Shown: positions 52,987-58,437 of the stretch, in pieces
How the letters are laid out: each line of letters begins with the position of its first letter
Numbering within the stretch: position 1 is the first letter of the stretch
IMG/VR virus record: IMGVR_UViG_3300027816_000115
Location: 1 to 58,437 of that record
Strand: one strand, 5' to 3'
DNA from: a virus
Lineage: Duplodnaviria > Caudoviricetes
Length of the DNA: 58,437 bases
Translations under genes and position numbers: made by a program
Notes under the pieces: model-generated
Told to the model about the DNA's origin: nothing
The model's input: the letters and a program-made list of their open reading frames with translations, nothing else
Database searches by the model: none

Positions 52987-53607
52987 TTATTTTTTATTTA
53001 ATTTAATTTTCCAATATGTTCCTACACCAAAAGTAAAACTTCCATCAAAATTTATCCCCACGTTTGCTTGATATATTCGATCTTTTTTATCCTTATATAC
53101 TAATCCTGGAGTTATTGCTTGCAAAGCAGTTGTATTACCGAATACATTTCCTCCTACATAAAGTTGACGCCTTGGCTTTTCTTTTTCTACTGTAGTAATT
53201 GTTTTTGTTATATAAGGTATTTTATAATCTTTTACGTAAGTTCTTTTACCATATAACTTATTAATCCAAACCGTATCTTTAACTACTATTGATCCAAGAC
53301 TATCTAGTTTCAATGTATCAACATAAACTCTTTTAGTTAAATGTTCTTTTAAAAGATCTTGAAATCTTGCTTTACAGGTATCTAAAGTTTCTCCTGGCGT
53401 ATATTCAGGTTTATCAATAGGCACATATTCTGTATGTATTACTTTTACATCTTTTGTAATAGTATCATGAATATGCTTATAAACGGTATCTGTTTTGATT
53501 GTCGTTTGCTCTTCCGCTGAACCAAAAATACCATCACATGATCTCTGTAATAATATAATTGCAACCAATGCAACAATAACTAAATATAACAATCTATTCT
53601 TAACCAT
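52987..53607 (-). CDS. Membrane-anchored lysis accessory (spanin-like) protein
   Basis: N-terminal TM segment with LLQRSC; C-terminal beta strands; between holin and lysin. Confidence 0.5.
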   Translation of the reverse strand: MVKNRLLYLVIVALVAIILLQRSCDGIFGSAEEQTTIKTDTVYKHIHDTITKDVKVIHTEYVPIDKPEYTPGETLDTCKARFQDLLKEHLTKRVYVDTLKLDSLGSIVVKDTVWINKLYGKRTYVKDYKIPYITKTITTVEKEKPRRQLYVGGNVFGNTTALQAITPGLVYKDKKDRIYQANVGINFDGSFTFGVGTYWKIKLNKK

Positions 53608-53800
53608 TTGATTTAGCTTTAAATAAACGTTCAACAATATTAGTAACACCTTCAATCGTAATATAAGATGTACCAATTATAACCCAATCAGTTGAAGTTA
53701 TAACTCCAGAGAATAATCCAACGGAAGCTACAACAAAAACCGTTAACTTACGACTCACCCATTTATTTAGGAATAAATCTATTTTTTCTTTTCTACTCAT
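53600..53800 (-). CDS. Putative holin
   Basis: KWVSRKLTVFVVA; two TM segments; in the lysis cluster. Confidence 0.6.
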   Translation of the reverse strand: MSRKEKIDLFLNKWVSRKLTVFVVASVGLFSGVITSTDWVIIGTSYITIEGVTNIVERLFKAKSNG

Positions 53801-54786
53801 TAGTATATTTTGTTTAATATAAATATATCACTATAGATACTGTTTGACGCATTTGTACTACCCCATTGAACTGTAACATCTAAAGTATTACTAACAGTTG
53901 TGTCAAATGTAGTATTGTTTATATTATTGAAAGCAAATCCTTCAACTGTTGCATTGTTTGTTTTTGTATAATGGAATGTTGCTAATGTAACTATTGAAGC
54001 AACTCCTGCTGCTCCTAATTGTCTTATTGTAAAATCCACATTCAAACTCCAAATATCACTTATTATTGAGTTTGTTAATGTTTGAACTCCACTATCTAAA
54101 AGTACAACGGAACCTGCTTTAACTCTTATTCTAATAGTTTGATTATTTGCTGCATTCATAACACCGCCAAAAACAGCTTTAAAGCTATCTCCAACATTAA
54201 AACTATTTGCGGGGATGATTAATGACCCTTCTCCACCATTTATTAATGTGCTTTCAGCAGTTGTCCCTGTTATAATAGTAGAGTTTCCTGTTTGCGCAAA
54301 TAAACCATAATTAATTGTTTCTGGTATATCTGATAAATATGCTACTGTTCCTGAAGCGTCTTGAAAAGTTGCTGTTCTATTATTTGTTAATACCGAAGGT
54401 TTTTTAATTTGAAAACTAAACGCTGTAGATAAATCATCTAAACGTAACGTATCTTGAGCTATATACCCTAAATCAACTCCTTCGTTGTCAAAAAAGTTAA
54501 TTCTATTTTTATCCCCTGTAATAGAAACATATCCATTTCCTGATGGTGCATGAGGGTTGTACAAATATAAACTACCAATAGAAGCGTCTAGTAAAGATAC
54601 ATTGCCTGCTGTTAATACTTGATTTAATGTAGGAGCATAATTAGAAGACACATAGTCTAAAAGCGCATCAGCCGTGAAAGTTATATTTCTAGCGGTGCCG
54701 TTATCTTCGTTTTCAAATCTGGTAGCTATTAATAGATCTGAATTGTTTAATGTTGTAACCCTTGGGTAACTGTAAATTATTGCCAT
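53800..54786 (-). CDS. Tail fibre/spike-like protein
   Basis: MAIIYSYP N-terminus; PTLNQVLTAGN; beta-rich C-terminus. Confidence 0.6.
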   Translation of the reverse strand: MAIIYSYPRVTTLNNSDLLIATRFENEDNGTARNITFTADALLDYVSSNYAPTLNQVLTAGNVSLLDASIGSLYLYNPHAPSGNGYVSITGDKNRINFFDNEGVDLGYIAQDTLRLDDLSTAFSFQIKKPSVLTNNRTATFQDASGTVAYLSDIPETINYGLFAQTGNSTIITGTTAESTLINGGEGSLIIPANSFNVGDSFKAVFGGVMNAANNQTIRIRVKAGSVVLLDSGVQTLTNSIISDIWSLNVDFTIRQLGAAGVASIVTLATFHYTKTNNATVEGFAFNNINNTTFDTTVSNTLDVTVQWGSTNASNSIYSDIFILNKIY

Positions 54787-54800
54787 TTTTTAAATTTTTT

Positions 54801-56720
54801 TTATATGTTATAACTTGCTACAATAGCTCCTACAGATTCTACACTTGCAGGATTATTTGGTATTAAATCTGTTTTTGTTTTAATTGCTAAAGAAGTTGTT
54901 TCTGTTGCAACATCCGTTAATGTATCTGTAACAGCTTTAATAGCTGCAATATCAGCATTGTCTGGAGCAACATAAGATGCTGTTGCAAGTCTTGAACTTA
55001 CTTGAGCGTCTAAATTATCTTTTACTAATTTACCAAAACTTCCTGATGTATTAAAATCAGTTGAAGATAATAGTTTAGTAAATATTTCAGTAGCTATTAA
55101 AGCAGGAGTTGTTGAGTATGTACCAGTTGTATTATCTGTAGGAACCCCAAAAAGTACATTACTTGGATTTGGTACTATTAATGTTCCTGTTAATTCTAAA
55201 GAGGGACCATAAGTAACACCGCTTCTTACATTAGTTGTAGCAGGATTTCCTAAAGCTACTCCAGCAGTATATAAAGTTCTTGTAACTGTGTTTGTAGAAT
55301 CTTTAAATTGCCACGAAGTAACGTTGTTATCTATTACTACTCTACCTGCATAAATAGCTGCGTATGTATCTGTGTGAATTACATTACCTCTAACCTTTAC
55401 AAAAGTTGTTAAAAGTCCTTGCACCGCAGGAGAGCCACTTCCTGAAGTTGTTACTCCTAATAAATCAATAGTTGCAGGAGCAGTTGTGTTTAAAATAGCA
55501 GGAGCACTTGCACTTCCATTTGTGTTTCCAACTACATTGATATTAGTTGTTACAGTTGAACTTATAGCAGCATTAGTACCCGCAATTGTATTACCTGTTA
55601 AATTATAAGTCGATAATGTTGAAATTCTTAAAGCAACTCCATTTGTAGTTAGTGTAGCAACAGCACTTCCAGTAATTGTGCCCGTGTGGTTTATTATACA
55701 ATTTGAATTTACATCTATTGTATTAACTGTATTTGTTTGATTACTTGCGCAATCTATATTTCCTATTATATTTATAATTCCATTTGAATTTATTGAAAGT
55801 GTTCTTCTTGTTCCAACTGAACCACCTACAAAAGAAATATCCAAATTTCCTAAAATGTTAAACGTTCCTGTTCCATTAAAATTTATAAGTGTACTACTCG
55901 TTACTGCAAAATTATGATTACAATTACCATTAAATGTAGCACTATTTCCGCTTGCTAAATCAAACAATAAAGTTGGTGTTGTATTACCTACCGCAATAGC
56001 GTTTGAAGCAGCACAAGTTAAATTACCACCATTTGCAAATTTGAATTGACCACCTGCAACTATACCACCATATAGGTTAGTTACTTCTGACATTTCAAGT
56101 TCTGCTATTGCAACTGTTGAACCGCCTTGTGTTGCAGTTACATTTATTCTGTAATAAGTATAGGAAGTAGTATTTGCAGAAATATCAAAAGAATAAAATG
56201 TAGAAACTCCTGTGATAAAGTTTGTTTGTGTATCTATTGTTACCCACGTTGAACCATTATTACTACCTTCAAAAGTCCAAGTTCTTGGATTTTTTGCATT
56301 ATTTGAATCACTAAAAAAACCATATCTTTTTATTATTTTTCCTGTTGGGAATTGATATGATAACCAACCCGTATTAGTACCTGATGGAGTATTCCAAATT
56401 GTTCCTGTATTTCTATCAAAAGCATTCCAAGCAGCAGTTCCGCCTGCAGCACTACTCGCAGCAGCAGCACCACTTGGTGTAGTATTTGAACTCATCTGCG
56501 GAATAGACATTAACGCTAAATTCGTAGGTGGTGTAAATGCAGTATTTCTTATAGTATTTGCATTTCTTGTTCCGTCTATTGTAACAGTGAAGTTATTTGA
56601 ATATACATCATCAGCACTTGTAGGTAATACAGAAGAATTAGCAAAATATCCAAGACTATCATCTTGCCACGTTGCTAAACTACTCCAATTCCCGTTTGCG
56701 ACTGCTCTATAATTAGCCAT
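54801..56720 (-). CDS. Tail fibre/receptor-binding protein with discoidin (F5/8 type C) domain
   Basis: AWNAFDRN..GWLSYQF..PRTWTFEGSNNGSTW..YYRINV..AELE; Gly/Thr/Asn beta-helix-like repeats. Confidence 0.65.
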   Translation of the reverse strand: MANYRAVANGNWSSLATWQDDSLGYFANSSVLPTSADDVYSNNFTVTIDGTRNANTIRNTAFTPPTNLALMSIPQMSSNTTPSGAAAASSAAGGTAAWNAFDRNTGTIWNTPSGTNTGWLSYQFPTGKIIKRYGFFSDSNNAKNPRTWTFEGSNNGSTWVTIDTQTNFITGVSTFYSFDISANTTSYTYYRINVTATQGGSTVAIAELEMSEVTNLYGGIVAGGQFKFANGGNLTCAASNAIAVGNTTPTLLFDLASGNSATFNGNCNHNFAVTSSTLINFNGTGTFNILGNLDISFVGGSVGTRRTLSINSNGIINIIGNIDCASNQTNTVNTIDVNSNCIINHTGTITGSAVATLTTNGVALRISTLSTYNLTGNTIAGTNAAISSTVTTNINVVGNTNGSASAPAILNTTAPATIDLLGVTTSGSGSPAVQGLLTTFVKVRGNVIHTDTYAAIYAGRVVIDNNVTSWQFKDSTNTVTRTLYTAGVALGNPATTNVRSGVTYGPSLELTGTLIVPNPSNVLFGVPTDNTTGTYSTTPALIATEIFTKLLSSTDFNTSGSFGKLVKDNLDAQVSSRLATASYVAPDNADIAAIKAVTDTLTDVATETTSLAIKTKTDLIPNNPASVESVGAIVASYNI

Positions 56721-56723
56721 AAA

Positions 56724-57014
56724 TTATAAACCTTTTGCGTTAATAAATCCTTGTAAAGCATACATGATTGCTCCGGCTGCTTGAATGGCATCATCATCAC
56801 CACTTTCGAACACGTCTAGGTAGTTTATAGATGTAGAATAATCAGGTAAGCTTTCTGAACTTCCATCCTCTAAAACTCTGTAAGGTGTTAGTTTCATAGC
56901 TACACTACCCCCTACATCATTTGGCTTAATCAATGGTGATACAGCTAAATTTACTAAAAAGTATGGATAAACATTTCCTTCTACTTCGATTGGATTTGTA
57001 CTTACTATTGGCAT
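56724..57014 (-). CDS. Hypothetical (tail fibre-associated) protein
   Basis: ORF track. Confidence 0.6.
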   Translation of the reverse strand: MPIVSTNPIEVEGNVYPYFLVNLAVSPLIKPNDVGGSVAMKLTPYRVLEDGSSESLPDYSTSINYLDVFESGDDDAIQAAGAIMYALQGFINAKGL

Positions 57015-57025
57015 ATTATTTTATT

Positions 57026-57829
57026 TTAGAATGGAACCGAAGTCCATGTTACGTTATTACTTACTGTCGTTGTTACACTGCCATTTAAGGCAACTGTTAT
57101 TTTTGTTATTGTCCAAACTGCTTCACTCTCTAAACTTCCAAATGGAGCATATCCGCAATAATTTATATTACCATCTTGAAGATTCCTTCTTATTGGCAAG
57201 TTTGAATATATAGGTATATTAAGAGTACCACTAATAAATGTTGCTGGTCCTGATGATCCTGTAGTAGTTAAATTAATATCACTACCAGGATTTATATTCG
57301 GATTAACGAATCCAGGATAAATAGCAAATCCATAAAACTTATCTTCTTGTATAGAGCCATTAGCATTGACCGCTTCTATTACGATGTCATAGAAATTAGG
57401 CTCTCCTATAGATTGTGTAATACTAATAAACTTATAAATACCAAAGTTATTCAAATCATCCGCCTGAGCTATAATTATAGCTTGATCTATAAATGTATTT
57501 ATATAATCTATCATTAGATTACCAGAAGTAGCAAATTTACTAATTCTAATAGTTGTTATACTATTAAAGTTAGTACCCGTTCCTCCTCCTGCTACAAAAC
57601 TTAATGATCCTGGTTTTCTACCAAGTGCAATGTTGTTTTGAAAAAAGAAATTGTTTTGACCGGTTATAGCTATAGAACTAGTTTCGTTATAAAACTCAGC
57701 AATAGAGCTAACCTCAAAGTTCTTTGTTACATTCCTCCTTTTACCATTAACTACTCTTGTTGAAGTACCAACTATAACATCAGTAGATAATATATCTGTA
57801 TTTTTTGGGTAACTATATATTATCGCCAT
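57026..57829 (-). CDS. Tail fibre-associated protein
   Basis: MAIIYSYP N-terminus shared with 53800..54786; LTTTGSSGPATF.SGTLNIP. Confidence 0.6.
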   Translation of the reverse strand: MAIIYSYPKNTDILSTDVIVGTSTRVVNGKRRNVTKNFEVSSIAEFYNETSSIAITGQNNFFFQNNIALGRKPGSLSFVAGGGTGTNFNSITTIRISKFATSGNLMIDYINTFIDQAIIIAQADDLNNFGIYKFISITQSIGEPNFYDIVIEAVNANGSIQEDKFYGFAIYPGFVNPNINPGSDINLTTTGSSGPATFISGTLNIPIYSNLPIRRNLQDGNINYCGYAPFGSLESEAVWTITKITVALNGSVTTTVSNNVTWTSVPF

Positions 57830-57857
57830 TGATTTGTTTTTTTTATTATATTAATGA

Positions 57858-58157
57858 TTAATAGAGCTCAGAACTTACCGATTCGCATTTAACATTAGGT
57901 GGGAATACAACTGTAGTAACATTATCACCAGGAGCTAATTCAAGAGTGTTAAGTATGGCTTGAAAAGCTTTCTTTGTGGTGTTAATATCCTCATCGTCAA
58001 ATTCATCTCGTATTTCTACTAGAGTCTTTCTGTTTTCTAAGTATATTGTTATCGTTCCGACACCTGTTATATACATGGCTAGCACCGTATTATAATTTAT
58101 CGTACCTGGCAATATGTTCCCTTCTTCTGGATATAATATTGTTATTAAATCTACCAT
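57858..58157 (-). CDS. Small structural protein
   Basis: ORF track; paralog upstream. Confidence 0.6.
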   Translation of the reverse strand: MVDLITILYPEEGNILPGTINYNTVLAMYITGVGTITIYLENRKTLVEIRDEFDDEDINTTKKAFQAILNTLELAPGDNVTTVVFPPNVKCESVSSELY

Positions 58158-58175
58158 AATTTATTTTTTTTATTA

Positions 58176-58437
58176 TTATACTACAACATTAAAACCTACA
58201 CACTGTATATTTTTAGGAAAATTAACCTGTACAATTTTCCCCCCAGGTTGTGTTTGAATTGCATTAAATATAGATTGCAATCCGATCTTTGTAGTATTTA
58301 CATCCGTGCCGCTTATTGTATTTGTTATTGCTAATTGTATAAATATATTGTTATAAAGTATCTCAATAGTTTCTTTCCCTTTTAATCGAATATTATTTAT
58401 TGCATCATAATTTAATATAAGCGGTAATGGGATCTCT
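58176..58437 (-). CDS. Paralog of 57858..58157, truncated by the window edge
   Basis: Hand-read ...DVNTTKIGLQSIFNAIQTQPGGKIVQVNFPKNIQC vs DINTTKKAFQAILNTLELAPGDNVTTVVFPPNVKC. Confidence 0.55.
   Translation of the reverse strand, partial: EIPLPLILNYDAINNIRLKGKETIEILYNNIFIQLAITNTISGTDVNTTKIGLQSIFNAIQTQPGGKIVQVNFPKNIQCVGFNVVV

Noticed and set aside
650-57213. Antisense or alternative-frame ORFs in the track (e.g. 650..904-, 8543..8893-, 16485..16913-, 17466..17696+, 21189..21683+, 46048..46368+, 52697..53071+)
   Set aside because: They are shadows of well-supported genes and have no motifs of their own
53800-57829. Diversity-generating retroelement acting on tail fibres
   Set aside because: No reverse transcriptase and no TR/VR pair differing at adenines seen
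1-58437. Stop-codon reassignment as in some crAss-like phages
   Set aside because: Long genes are intact and densely packed under code 11; TAG and TGA both end credible genes; no suppressor tRNA seen
1-58437. Prophage or host chromosome segment (because of groEL and thyA)
   Set aside because: No integrase, repressor or flanking host genes; groEL sits inside the late phage arm

Overview
This window is a large part of an AT-rich dsDNA tailed phage genome. It is most likely a podovirus of Bacteroidota (Flavobacteria-like) with crAss-like/Cellulophaga-phage-like structural genes; this is inferred from gene content, A-rich Shine-Dalgarno-less leaders and an SSB ending in DDLPF. Two arms converge on a bidirectional terminator at ~19640-19680. 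The + strand arm (1-19623) holds small early ORFs behind nine copies of one fixed-spacing promoter-like motif, a tRNA-like/ncRNA cluster, an HTH Rep-like protein, a sigma70-type factor, ERF, exonuclease, SSB, primase-helicase, ThyA, endonucleases and class II RNR. No DNA polymerase is seen. The - strand arm (58437-19724) holds tail/fibre genes, lysis genes, GroEL/GroES, tRNA-Met, terminase, portal, scaffold, capsid, tail ring/stabilisation proteins and ejection proteins. The best candidate for a new system is the 2713-aa virion protein. It looks like a self-processing polyprotein: a zincin HEFLH peptidase plus recurring K[FY]S(KS) motifs separating a sigma-region-2-like module and a PD-(D/E)XK nuclease-like module. 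It could deliver the specificity factor for the nine early promoters. All functional calls come from reading motifs by eye; no database searches were run.
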